The translations under genes and the position numbers were made by a program. Source: Gemmata obscuriglobus (GTDB taxonomy: Bacteria; Planctomycetota; Planctomycetia; Gemmatales; Gemmataceae). Taken from it: 32,000 nucleotides of DNA. The stretch lies in assembly GCF_008065095.1 (NCBI RefSeq), contig NZ_CP042911.1, positions 3,780,001 to 3,812,000 on the forward strand, written 5' to 3'. This document shows, piece by piece, positions 1 to 7,472 of this stretch. Every line of letters starts with the position of its first letter. Position 1 is the stretch's first letter. The notes under the pieces were generated by a model. It worked only from the letters and a program-made list of their open reading frames with translations, made no database searches and was not told the DNA's origin.

Positions 1-778
1 GCCGGTCGATGGTGTGGTCCTGGTCGGGCTCGTAGTCCAGCGCGAAGCACACGGTCGCGGCTTGGTGGTTGCCGGGGGCGGCGCGGTCCGGGGCGTGCGG
101 CTCCCGGGTGTCGGCGCTCGATTCGGCCCCGGTGACGTGTTCGACCTTCGCGAGCGGCAGCAACTCGCCGGTCTCGGTCGCGTCCACGAAGTACGGCGCG
201 GTGAGCGCGATCCGCGTGCCGAAGTTTTGGGCCACGCCGAGGACCGCGGTGACGGTGTCGCCGTCCGTCTCGACCCGCACCGGCACGAACGGCTGGATCA
301 GCTTGACCCGGCCGGCGGTGATGTGTGGGGCCAGCATCTCCAGGAGCACCGCCAGCGCCACCCGCGGCTCGTGGCACAGCTTCGAGACGCTCCCGTTGCC
401 GGGGTTGAGTCTGGGGTTCTTCGCGGCGTCTTCCGAGAGCGGGTAGTTGCGCCGGTAGAAGTCGCGGACCTTGGTGCGGAACTGGCGATAGGTTTTGGTG
501 CTGCCGCGGTCCTCGATCCACGGGTGCTCGTCCGGCGGGACCGCCTGCGAGGTGAGCTGCCCGCCGATCCAGCCGGTCTCCTCGGTGAGCAGTACCTTCA
601 GCCCGTTGCGGGCGGCGGCGAGCGCGCACGCGACCCCGCCCACGCCGGCCCCGACGACCACCAAATCGGCCTTCAGCTCTCGCACGGGCGGTTGCGCGGC
701 GCCCGCTCGGGCGTGCGCGGGGAGCAGGTGGGCGAACGGGGTGAAGGCCGAGAGCGAGAGGAATCCGCGGCGGTTCAT
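1..778 (-). CDS. FAD-dependent oxidoreductase, N-terminal part (gene continues beyond window start)
   Basis: The minus-strand reading frame starts at the ATG at 778-776 and has no stop inside the window, so it is absent from the ORF track. The N-terminus MNRRGFLSLSA looks like a twin-arginine signal. It is followed by the Rossmann dinucleotide motif DLVVVGAGVGGVACALAAARNG. The plus-strand ORF 14..1888 is its shadow over this stretch. Confidence 0.8.
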   Translation of the reverse strand, partial: MNRRGFLSLSAFTPFAHLLPAHARAGAAQPPVRELKADLVVVGAGVGGVACALAAARNGLKVLLTEETGWIGGQLTSQAVPPDEHPWIEDRGSTKTYRQFRTKVRDFYRRNYPLSEDAAKNPRLNPGNGSVSKLCHEPRVALAVLLEMLAPHITAGRVKLIQPFVPVRVETDGDTVTAVLGVAQNFGTRIALTAPYFVDATETGELLPLAKVEHVTGAESSADTREPHAPDRAAPGNHQAATVCFALDYEPDQDHTIDR

Positions 779-937
779 TTCGTCGGCTCCGGGGAACGGG
801 GTACCCCAAGGTATCGGCTCGTCGGGCGTCGCGAAAGCACCCCCAGCCGCCCGCGCGAATGCCATTGCTGCCCGGAAGGTGCAGGGGTACGCTACAGCCG
901 GGATCGACTTCTGTTCACGCCCGTCGCGGACTCGCTC

Positions 938-1888
938 ATGAAACTCTCCTTCAGCCCGCTGCAACTGCTCAGCCCGGTGCAACTCATCTTCTGCTTGATC
1001 CTGTTCTTCCTCCCGTGGATCGAGCTCTCGTGTACGCTCCCGCCGGATGTGGCCAAGAACGCGCCGCCCGGCGAACTGGAAAAGCTGAAAAAGGATACGG
1101 GGATCGATCCGTCCAGGCCCATCCGCATGTACACCCAGAGCGGGCTCCAGATCGCCACCGGTGACGTTTCCGTGTCGCCGGATTTTGAGAAGGGTGTTGA
1201 GCGCGTGAGGGGCGGTGCTGGTGCCGGACCCGGTCCCAAGTTCGGTCCGGACCCTTCCAACAAGGCCGACGGCCAGACCGCGCCGCTGCTGTTCCTCTTT
1301 CCGGTCGCGCTTCTCGCCGGGATCGTGATCGGGTTCGTCCCGTGGCCGCACCTCGCCCGGCGGCTGGTTCTGGTCGTGTGCTGCCTGGGGGCGATGGGCA
1401 TCGTCGGCGCGCACGCGGCCATCGGGTTCCCGCTCGAGAAGGAGATCGCGAAGCAGAAAGAGAAAATGAAGGGGGGCGGCGCGTTCGGGGCCGCGCCCGG
1501 TGCGAAGGCGGCTCCGGGCACGGCCGGCGAGCCGGAGGTGTTTCGGGTCCGGTGGCAGATCCCCCTGTACCTGACGCTCATACTGCTGCTCGGCGCCGCC
1601 GGCACCGCGTTCCTCGACGCCGGCCTGACCGCGAAGAAGAAGCCGAAGCGCCGGTACCGTGCGGACGAGGAGTACGAAGACGATGAGGAGGAAGAAGAAC
1701 GGCCGCGGAAGCGGCGGCCGAAGGCGGTAGACGAAGACGAGGACGAGCGCCCCGCCCGTAAGCCGAAATTCGAGGTGGTGGACGAAGACGAGGACGAGCC
1801 GCCGCGAAAGAGGCCGAAGCCCCGGCGGCGGGACGAGGACGAGGATGACGACCGGCCCCGACGGTCGCGCCGGCGCGACGACGATTAA
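938..1888 (+). CDS. Hypothetical polytopic membrane protein with long mixed-charge (D/E/R/K/P) C-terminal tail
   Basis: An ATG at 938 lies in frame within ORF 14..1888. About four hydrophobic segments are visible (LIFCLILFFLPWI, LLFLFPVALLAGIVIGFV, LVLVVCCLGAMGIVGAHAAIGF, LYLTLILLLGAAGTAFL). A roughly 85-aa tail of DEDEDE/RPRKRRPK repeats follows. The gene is divergent from the oxidoreductase gene. Confidence 0.6.
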   Translation: MKLSFSPLQLLSPVQLIFCLILFFLPWIELSCTLPPDVAKNAPPGELEKLKKDTGIDPSRPIRMYTQSGLQIATGDVSVSPDFEKGVERVRGGAGAGPGPKFGPDPSNKADGQTAPLLFLFPVALLAGIVIGFVPWPHLARRLVLVVCCLGAMGIVGAHAAIGFPLEKEIAKQKEKMKGGGAFGAAPGAKAAPGTAGEPEVFRVRWQIPLYLTLILLLGAAGTAFLDAGLTAKKKPKRRYRADEEYEDDEEEEERPRKRRPKAVDEDEDERPARKPKFEVVDEDEDEPPRKRPKPRRRDEDEDDDRPRRSRRRDDD

Positions 1889-1955
1889 CCGCGCGAGCCC
1901 CGGGAGCAGGCATCCGAACCTGTTCCCGGGGCTCATGCGTTTTGTGCGGCGCGTC

Positions 1956-2531
1956 TCAGTCCTCGCGCTTGGCGTCGGCGATGCTCTTGATCTTTTCGCC
2001 GAGCAGGGCCACGTCGAACGGCTTCTTGAACACGTCGTTGAAGCCGTACTGGTGGAGCTGCTCGGGCGCGGCCTCGTCCTCGCTCGCCAGCCCGACGATC
2101 AGCGTCGTGGCGAACGCCTCGTCCTTGCGCAGGTTGGAGACGATCTGGATCGATTCGGCGCGGCCGAGACCCAGGTCGATGATGATGGTGTCGGGGTGGA
2201 AGCTGCTCGCCAGGATGCCCGCCTGGAACCCGCTGTCCGCCAGCTCGAACTTGTAGTCGTCGTTCTCGGGCAGCAGCTCCTTGATCCGGTCGTTGAACAG
2301 CCGCTCGGTGCCGATGAGGAGCACCTTGTGCCATTCCTCTTCTTCGAGTTCACCCAGCGGCATGCCGTGTTCCTTGAGGAACCGGATGAGCTGCTCGCGG
2401 GGGATGCGCCGGTCCTGGCTGCCGGGGATGCGGTACCCCTTCAAGCGGCCCGAATCGAACCACTTGGACACGGTGCGCGGGGCGACCTTACAGATCTTCG
2501 CGACCTGTCCGGTGGTGAACACCTTTTTCAT
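1956..2531 (-). CDS. DNA-binding protein with N-terminal excisionase/MerR-type HTH fused to a C-terminal receiver-like (REC) domain
   Basis: The N-terminus MKKVFTTGQVAKICKVAPRTVSKWFDSGRLKGYRIP is a typical excisionase-family HTH. The C-terminal half has a receiver-like layout: KVLLIG, then IIIDLGL carrying the putative phospho-acceptor Asp, then FKKPF as the K-P motif. GGAG lies about 9 nt upstream of the ATG. Confidence 0.75.
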   Translation of the reverse strand: MKKVFTTGQVAKICKVAPRTVSKWFDSGRLKGYRIPGSQDRRIPREQLIRFLKEHGMPLGELEEEEWHKVLLIGTERLFNDRIKELLPENDDYKFELADSGFQAGILASSFHPDTIIIDLGLGRAESIQIVSNLRKDEAFATTLIVGLASEDEAAPEQLHQYGFNDVFKKPFDVALLGEKIKSIADAKRED

Positions 2532-3167
2532 GGCGAGACACTCCGTTTGAACTCGCTAACCCCGCGCCCGTTTCGCCTTTTCGGCCGTCCTGGCGGGCTT
2601 GACGGGTCCGCAGCCGTCTGGTGCGGACCCGCAGGGTCGCGGGGCGTGCCGCACACGACCGGGGCGTCGTGGCGGCGGGTGTATGAACGTCCGGCGGGCC
2701 GATTCCGGAATACTTAGCACTGCGCGCGCCGCTCGCACCATTCCTGCTCCGCCGGCGGGTTACGCGGGCGGAGCGGGCCGGGCAAAAGTGCCCGGTGGCG
2801 CGGGTGACGGTTGCGACGCTAACTCCATCGGCTACACCAAGCACCCGTCTTCGCAAAACCCGCGAAATTGGGAGGTTGGTAAGCGCCGTGGGTTCCGGCG
2901 GGGGTATAGCCCACTGGATCGGGCGAACGGTCCAAGGCCGACCACCGGCCTCCGGGCGCTCGCACTGTCAGTCACAGTGATCGTTCGGGCTGGATGTGTA
3001 ACTTGGGTGAGAACTCTTCGCCGAGACGTGCCTTCCGTGGCAGAGGGACCGGTAGGTCCGGTTACTCCGGTTCTACCGACCCGCGACACAGTATAGGCCG
3101 ACGGGCAAGAGCCGAATGAGGCGAGTGTAAACGCGGGAGCGGACGCGCAATGTGTGCGGGTCCGCGC

Positions 3168-3638
3168 TCACACCCGCTTTGTAAAAACTGCCATTCCGTC
3201 ACCGTCGGCGTAGAGGTCCGGCACTGTCGCGACGTGCGCGTAATCGCACTTGAGATAGAACCGGCGCGTCGGCTCGTACTTCGCGGTCGAGGACGTTTCG
3301 ATCACGAGCAACCGTCCGCCCGCGGCGCGGACTTCGTGCTCCGCGAACGCGAGCAGCTCTTTGCCGATGCCCCGGGCCTGACGGTCGGCCGCGACCGCGA
3401 TCCACCACACGTACCAGGTGCGGTCGGTCATCTCCTCCGGCGCGAAGTACACGTAGCCGATCGGTCGGCCCGCCTCTTCGTACAAGACGGCCCGGTGCCC
3501 GTAGTCGTCGCGGTTGGTGGCGAAGTAGTCCGCGAGAACGCCGTGGAGCGTCTCGATCTCGCCGGGGTGGAAGAACCCCGTCCCCGCGGACAGGTCCGCG
3601 AGCGCGTGCGCGTCGGCCGGTGTGATGGGTCGGATCAT
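3168..3638 (-). CDS. GNAT family N-acetyltransferase
   Basis: This uses an internal ATG of ORF 3168..3890. The acetyl-CoA binding motif A is present (WIAVAADRQARGIGKELLAFAE). Length is about 156 aa, and the acetyltransferase fold pattern continues as LVIETSSTAKYEPTRRFYLKCDY. Confidence 0.8.
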   Translation of the reverse strand: MIRPITPADAHALADLSAGTGFFHPGEIETLHGVLADYFATNRDDYGHRAVLYEEAGRPIGYVYFAPEEMTDRTWYVWWIAVAADRQARGIGKELLAFAEHEVRAAGGRLLVIETSSTAKYEPTRRFYLKCDYAHVATVPDLYADGDGMAVFTKRV

Positions 3639-3717
3639 GAGCGGGAGTGTAAACCCGCTCCGCAAGAAGGTAAACTGGAGTCGCGATCCGTTGCCGCATT
3701 CCCCAACCGAGACGCCC

Positions 3718-4212
3718 ATGCGAAAACCCGTGCGGAATCTGCTACTCGTCGTTGGGGGCTGCGCGCTCGTCTTGTTACTGGTTGAAACATCCCGACTGAT
3801 GTGGGTCGGCAGCACCGACCTGACAGTGGAGTTCGTCATCACCGATGCCGACACCGGGCAACCGCTGAACGGTGCAGAAATCGTGGTCACCTCTCGTGGC
3901 GGCTTTTACGAAGGTGACAATCGGCTCCGGGCGAAAGGGGTGCGGGAGGAAGAGTTCATTCTGAAAACGGACGCGAATGGTGCCGCCGAGTACGTGTGTC
4001 GCGATTCAATGTGCCACGGTCAGAGTAGCCCTTTGGGGCTGAACGACACGTTCGCCGTTTACATGCCACACTGGAACATCACGGTGAAGGCCCTCGGATA
4101 CTCGTCAACAGCACTGCCCCATCTCGAGCAATTTATGCGAAGCGCCGAACGGACGGGACCGAGACGATCGAAGGTTGTCGTTCCGATCGCGTTGCACCGC
4201 GACGCCTCGTAG
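3718..4212 (+). CDS. Membrane-anchored protein with carboxypeptidase-regulatory-like (CarboxypepD_reg-type) beta-sandwich signature
   Basis: The ATG at 3718 gives MRKPVRNLLLVVGGCALVLLLV, a signal anchor. The following pattern VEFVITDADTGQPLNGAEIVV...LKTDANGAAEY...ITVKALGY is typical of CarboxypepD_reg-like domains. GC3 is visibly lower than in neighbouring genes. Confidence 0.5.
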   Translation: MRKPVRNLLLVVGGCALVLLLVETSRLMWVGSTDLTVEFVITDADTGQPLNGAEIVVTSRGGFYEGDNRLRAKGVREEEFILKTDANGAAEYVCRDSMCHGQSSPLGLNDTFAVYMPHWNITVKALGYSSTALPHLEQFMRSAERTGPRRSKVVVPIALHRDAS

Positions 4213-4244
4213 AGCGAACCTCTGCCGACCGGCGCGCGTCCGGG

Positions 4245-4877
4245 GTGCGGAGGATCAACCCCATGTCCCGGTTCCACCGCAAAACCGCCCCGGGTGTTCG
4301 TAACGGTCGCGTGCAGCGCACGAACAACTGGGAACGGTCGCCGAGCCCGTACACGCACACACCGGCACGGCTGGTGATCGACCGCCGGCGCCCGAGCGCC
4401 GGCTACCGGCACTTGCTACTCAAGCGGGATGTCGAGCGGTTCATCGCCCTCATCCCGAACTGGGACAAATTGGCGGTTGGGCTGGACGTGATTTGCCTCG
4501 ATCACGGCCGCGACGATTGCGACGGGTGGTACAACCGCGGCGTCCTCGGCGTGTGCGCCTGGTCCGAGCAGATGCGGTACGAACTCCGAGGCGACTGGTA
4601 TCGCGGGCACCGGGCTTTTCTCGAACGCATTGGCGCCCGGGTGGAGGTAGATGAGCCCCGTGACGCTCCGGTGATACACTGGACCGACGACACTGCTCGC
4701 GCGTACCAACTCTGCCACGTGTTCCTTCACGAACTCGGGCACCACGCGGACCGCATGCACACCCGCACGAAGCGAGACAGCGGCCCGCGCGGCGAGCCGT
4801 TCGCCGAAGGCTACGCGTTCGATCTGGAGGCGGTCGTTCTGGAACGGTACTTCGCAGCGTTCGGGGTGCCGGAGTGA
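4245..4877 (+). CDS. Hypothetical HExxH zinc-metallopeptidase-like protein with very basic N-terminus
   Basis: This is a 210-aa ORF, with an alternative start at 4263 (MSRFHRK). It contains LCHVFLHELGHHADRMH, which is HExxH followed by a further His, reminiscent of the ImmA/IrrE or SprT-like minimal metallopeptidase motif. I recognise no other family signature. Confidence 0.55.
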   Translation: MRRINPMSRFHRKTAPGVRNGRVQRTNNWERSPSPYTHTPARLVIDRRRPSAGYRHLLLKRDVERFIALIPNWDKLAVGLDVICLDHGRDDCDGWYNRGVLGVCAWSEQMRYELRGDWYRGHRAFLERIGARVEVDEPRDAPVIHWTDDTARAYQLCHVFLHELGHHADRMHTRTKRDSGPRGEPFAEGYAFDLEAVVLERYFAAFGVPE

Positions 4878-4911
4878 GATCGGCGCGGCAACTGAAGTAC
4901 CACCGAACGGG

Positions 4912-4931
4912 CGGGGCATTCATTCGCCCCG
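4912..4931 (+). terminator. Weak candidate hairpin downstream of the HExxH gene
   Basis: CGGGGC (4912-4917) pairs with GCCCCG (4926-4931) across an 8-nt loop, 35 nt after the stop codon. There is no clear U-tract. Confidence 0.3.
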
Positions 4932-5069
4932 GTTGTGCCGCAAATCCTTCCTCAACCTCAACGACATGACGCGGATCACGACAACCCGCCGCACCCTGTT
5001 TGCCGGTCGCTCATTCGTCCAAGCGGCTCTGCCTGCCATCCGCCCGCCTGCGCCCGGGACGTAGTGGAA

Positions 5070-5098
5070 TTGACAGTTACGCGGGGTGATGGAACAAT
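5070..5098 (+). promoter_or_regulatory. Candidate sigma70-type promoter for the Cys-rich gene pair
   Basis: TTGACA at 5070-5075 is followed by a 17-nt spacer and AACAAT at 5093-5098, about 34 nt upstream of the ATG at 5132. The -10 element matches only 4 of 6 positions. Confidence 0.3.
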
Positions 5099-5131
5099 TC
5101 AAATCAGTACAGGGTGATAAATCGAGACCAC

Positions 5132-5599
5132 ATGACGCGGGCACTCCTTCACATCGGGCTGGCGGTGGCACTTGTGCTTTCGCCCTCCCGTTGCTGCTGT
5201 AGAGCGGATTGGTTCGTTCCATCCGCGCGCCCCGCTCGCACGTCCACACTCAAGACACCGGCTCCGATTCCTGTCGAGTCCAGTGTCTGCTGTTTGAAGG
5301 TGAAAAAGGCGTGTTGCGGTTCTCAACCGCACGAGCACTCATCGACCGCCCCCGAGAAGCCCACGCCGGCCCGCGTGCCCGGCTGTGCTTGCTGCCCAGA
5401 GCGGGCCGAAGCGGTCCCGCTTAAAAGCACCGTTGCCGATTCGGCACCACAGCCGACCGGCGAACGGCTTTCCCTCGCGCTGAGCGATCTTCTCGGCGCC
5501 TCCGCACACGCCGACTTGACCCGGAGAAACATCCAGCCGGGTGTCGGCGTTGACGCTCGCCGTTCCGCGCTCTTCGAACGCCACGTTTTGCGCTGTTAG
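5132..5599 (+). CDS. Hypothetical Cys-rich protein (CCC/CC/CC/CxCC motifs) with N-terminal hydrophobic signal-like segment
   Basis: The ATG at 5132 lies within ORF 5114..5599. The product starts MTRALLHIGLAVALVLSPS and then carries SRCCCRA, SVCCLKVKKACCGS and PGCACCPE, giving 11 Cys in about 155 aa. Coding status is less certain than for the next gene. Confidence 0.45.
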   Translation: MTRALLHIGLAVALVLSPSRCCCRADWFVPSARPARTSTLKTPAPIPVESSVCCLKVKKACCGSQPHEHSSTAPEKPTPARVPGCACCPERAEAVPLKSTVADSAPQPTGERLSLALSDLLGASAHADLTRRNIQPGVGVDARRSALFERHVLRC

Positions 5600-5714
5600 A
5601 CAGAATTTCGTGGTCACAACGACCCGAATTGGGATAAGCTGTGTCGTCTTGGCCGGGTTGTCCGGCGCGAACAACGTTCGCATTCACTCCATTACACATT
5701 ACTGGGACTGTGAC

Positions 5715-6134
5715 ATGAAGCTGTTTGCCATCATCACGGCGGGGCTGATGACTGTTGCGGGCGGGGTGTACTTCTACTCCTCTTCCACCTGCTCAACGGC
5801 CACGTGCGGCGCTCCGGTTGCGAAGAGCGGCGGCTGTTGCGCGAAGGAACAGGCCGTGGCGGACTGCTGCGCGGCGAAGGACGAGTGCTGCGAGACCGTC
5901 GAAGCCTGCTGTGCGATCGCGTCTGGCGTCAGCACCCAGCCGAAGGCGACCGCTTCGGCTTGCTGCGCAGGCAAGGACGAGTGCTGCCTCGTGCAGGCCG
6001 CCTGCTGCACCGCGGAGAGCGTTCGCGCGGCCGCGAAGCCGCGCGAGATCAAAGGCTGCTGCGATGAGGCCTGTTCGGCTTCCGCCATTCAGGCCGTCGC
6101 CGGTGCTGCAGCGAGCATCGCGAACGTAAAGTAA
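5715..6134 (+). CDS. Hypothetical membrane-anchored Cys-doublet repeat protein (8 CC pairs, 19 Cys in 139 aa)
   Basis: The ATG at 5715 lies within ORF 5541..6134. An N-terminal TM anchor (MKLFAIITAGLMTVAGGVYFY) is followed by GGCCAKEQAVADCCAAKDECCETVEACC...ACCAGKDECCLVQAACC...GCCDEAC. There is an internal duplication: AAGGACGAGTGCTGC occurs at 5877-5891 and again at 5973-5987. A terminator-like hairpin follows the gene. Confidence 0.6.
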   Translation: MKLFAIITAGLMTVAGGVYFYSSSTCSTATCGAPVAKSGGCCAKEQAVADCCAAKDECCETVEACCAIASGVSTQPKATASACCAGKDECCLVQAACCTAESVRAAAKPREIKGCCDEACSASAIQAVAGAAASIANVK

Positions 6135-6149
6135 ACGGCGCCAGTTAAG

Positions 6150-6190
6150 AGGGCACGGGCGGCTAATCGCTGCTCGTGCCTTCGTTTTCC
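6150..6190 (+). terminator. Intrinsic-terminator-like hairpin after the Cys-doublet gene, overlapping the trmB stop codon
   Basis: 6150-6163 pairs with 6169-6182, giving about 14 bp including three G-U pairs. The core is GGCACG/CGTGCC plus GCGGC/GCTGC, with loop TAATC. CGTTTTCC follows. The trmB stop codon (6163-6165, minus strand) sits at the top of the stem and loop. Confidence 0.55.
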
Positions 6191-6975
6191 GCTTCAGTTG
6201 GATCGGCGGCCACCGTCACCGGTGCGCTGGTGCGTTCATAGACCGCACGCCAGACCCCTCCGCCTTTCTCCAGGGCTTTTCTCTCAAAATTGGTGGCGAA
6301 GCCGGCATCCGTTCGCGGCGCGGCGAGCTGTTCCTCTGCGGGACGGAGTTCGAAGCAGGGCATCGCTCCGACGATTGCGGTCATCACGCCGAAGTACTCT
6401 TCCACATCGGTTGCGATGTAGAGCCGGCCGCCTTCGCGGATGGCACGGGCAGCGTCGGCCGCGAACTCCGGGGTGAACACCCGGCGCTTCTTGTGTCGCG
6501 CCTTCCACCACGGGTCCGGAAAGTAGACGTGGACGGCTTGAACGCTTCCGACCGCGACGAAATCGCGGAGGACGAGTTTCGCGTCGGCGCACGCGGTCTT
6601 GACGTTCGGGATCTTGCGGACCGCGTAGCGGCTGGCCGCGTAGAGCTGGTACTTCCGGACGATCTCGATGCCCAGGAAGTTCGTGCCCGGGCGAGCGATC
6701 GAGGCGTTCAGGAGGAACAGCCCTTTGCCCGTCCCGACCTCGATTTCGACCGGGTTCGCGTTGCCATAAAACTGCTCCCAGTCGATGCGATTGAGGGCGA
6801 CCGGCGCCGCGGGAAGGGCCGCCGCTGCGGCCTTGAGGCCCACCGTCCGCGCCCCTGCTTCTCGAGGCAGCTCCCAGACCCACGGCGCGAGTTCTTCGGC
6901 CGAAAGACGCCGCGGCTTACGCACCCCGAAGCTCCTCCATCTTGCCCAGCGGTACACCGGTGATAACTGCCTCAA
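6163..6975 (-). CDS. trmB: tRNA (guanine-N7)-methyltransferase
   Basis: The SAM-methyltransferase motif IEVGTGKGLFL and the TrmB signature VHVYFPDPWWKARHKKRRV are both present. The start is uncertain. The ATG at 6975 overlaps the upstream fabZ-like gene by 59 nt, whereas an in-frame GTG at 6924 would overlap it by only 8 nt. Confidence 0.85.
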   Translation of the reverse strand: MRQLSPVYRWARWRSFGVRKPRRLSAEELAPWVWELPREAGARTVGLKAAAAALPAAPVALNRIDWEQFYGNANPVEIEVGTGKGLFLLNASIARPGTNFLGIEIVRKYQLYAASRYAVRKIPNVKTACADAKLVLRDFVAVGSVQAVHVYFPDPWWKARHKKRRVFTPEFAADAARAIREGGRLYIATDVEEYFGVMTAIVGAMPCFELRPAEEQLAAPRTDAGFATNFERKALEKGGGVWRAVYERTSAPVTVAADPTEAENEGTSSD

Positions 6976-7426
6976 AGGCGCGCTCGGCGCCGACGTATCC
7001 CTTCACCAAGAAGCGCGTGAGCCGCCGGTGGACGCGGAGCCCCGTCCCGACGAGCACGAGCCGCTCGCCCGGGCGCACCGTGCGGACGAACTTGGCTTCG
7101 TCCACGCCGCCGAGGCCGAGCAGCGAGCCGGCCTCGCCGATTTTCTGCGTGGAATAATAGTACCCGCAGAGCTGCGCGGCCGCCTCGCACATCAGCACGC
7201 CCGGCATCAGCGGGAACCCGGGCATGTGGCCGCGGGTCCAGAAATCGTCCGGTGTGGCGTCCTTGAAGCCCACGATGACGTGCGCCGACGGGTCGACGTG
7301 CACGATCCCGGTGAGCATCTCGAACTCGTACCGGTGCGGGTTAACGGCCCGGATCTCCTCGATCCCGGCAATGGGCCGAGAGAAGTCGAACGCGGTCGGA
7401 TCGAGCACCGGTCCTGCGGCGGACAT
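6917..7426 (-). CDS. fabZ: 3-hydroxyacyl-ACP dehydratase FabZ-family (hotdog fold) protein
   Basis: An internal ATG at 7426 is preceded by AAGGAG at 6-nt spacing. The active-site region RGHMPGFPLMPGVLMCEAAAQ matches the FabZ His...Glu motif pattern. Confidence 0.75.
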   Translation of the reverse strand: MSAAGPVLDPTAFDFSRPIAGIEEIRAVNPHRYEFEMLTGIVHVDPSAHVIVGFKDATPDDFWTRGHMPGFPLMPGVLMCEAAAQLCGYYYSTQKIGEAGSLLGLGGVDEAKFVRTVRPGERLVLVGTGLRVHRRLTRFLVKGYVGAERAFEAVITGVPLGKMEELRGA

Positions 7427-7472
7427 GAACACTCCTTGACAGCGGTTGGGTCGGTCGTGGGCGACCAGCGGT

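Noticed and set aside
14-1888. 624-aa plus-strand ORF spanning the first 1.9 kb
   Set aside because: It is a composite artefact. Its first ~765 nt are the shadow of a clearly recognisable minus-strand FAD-oxidoreductase gene (Rossmann motif, Tat-like signal). Only the part from the ATG at 938 looks like a real gene (TM helices). The upstream part translates to Arg/Gly/Val-rich nonsense.
2893-2965. tRNA-like start GGGGGTATAGCCCACTGGATCGGGC in the long spacer
   Set aside because: It superficially resembles an acceptor stem plus D-arm with a GG in the loop. I could not build an anticodon stem with a U33-type loop, and there is no GTTC-type T-arm or matching 3' acceptor strand.
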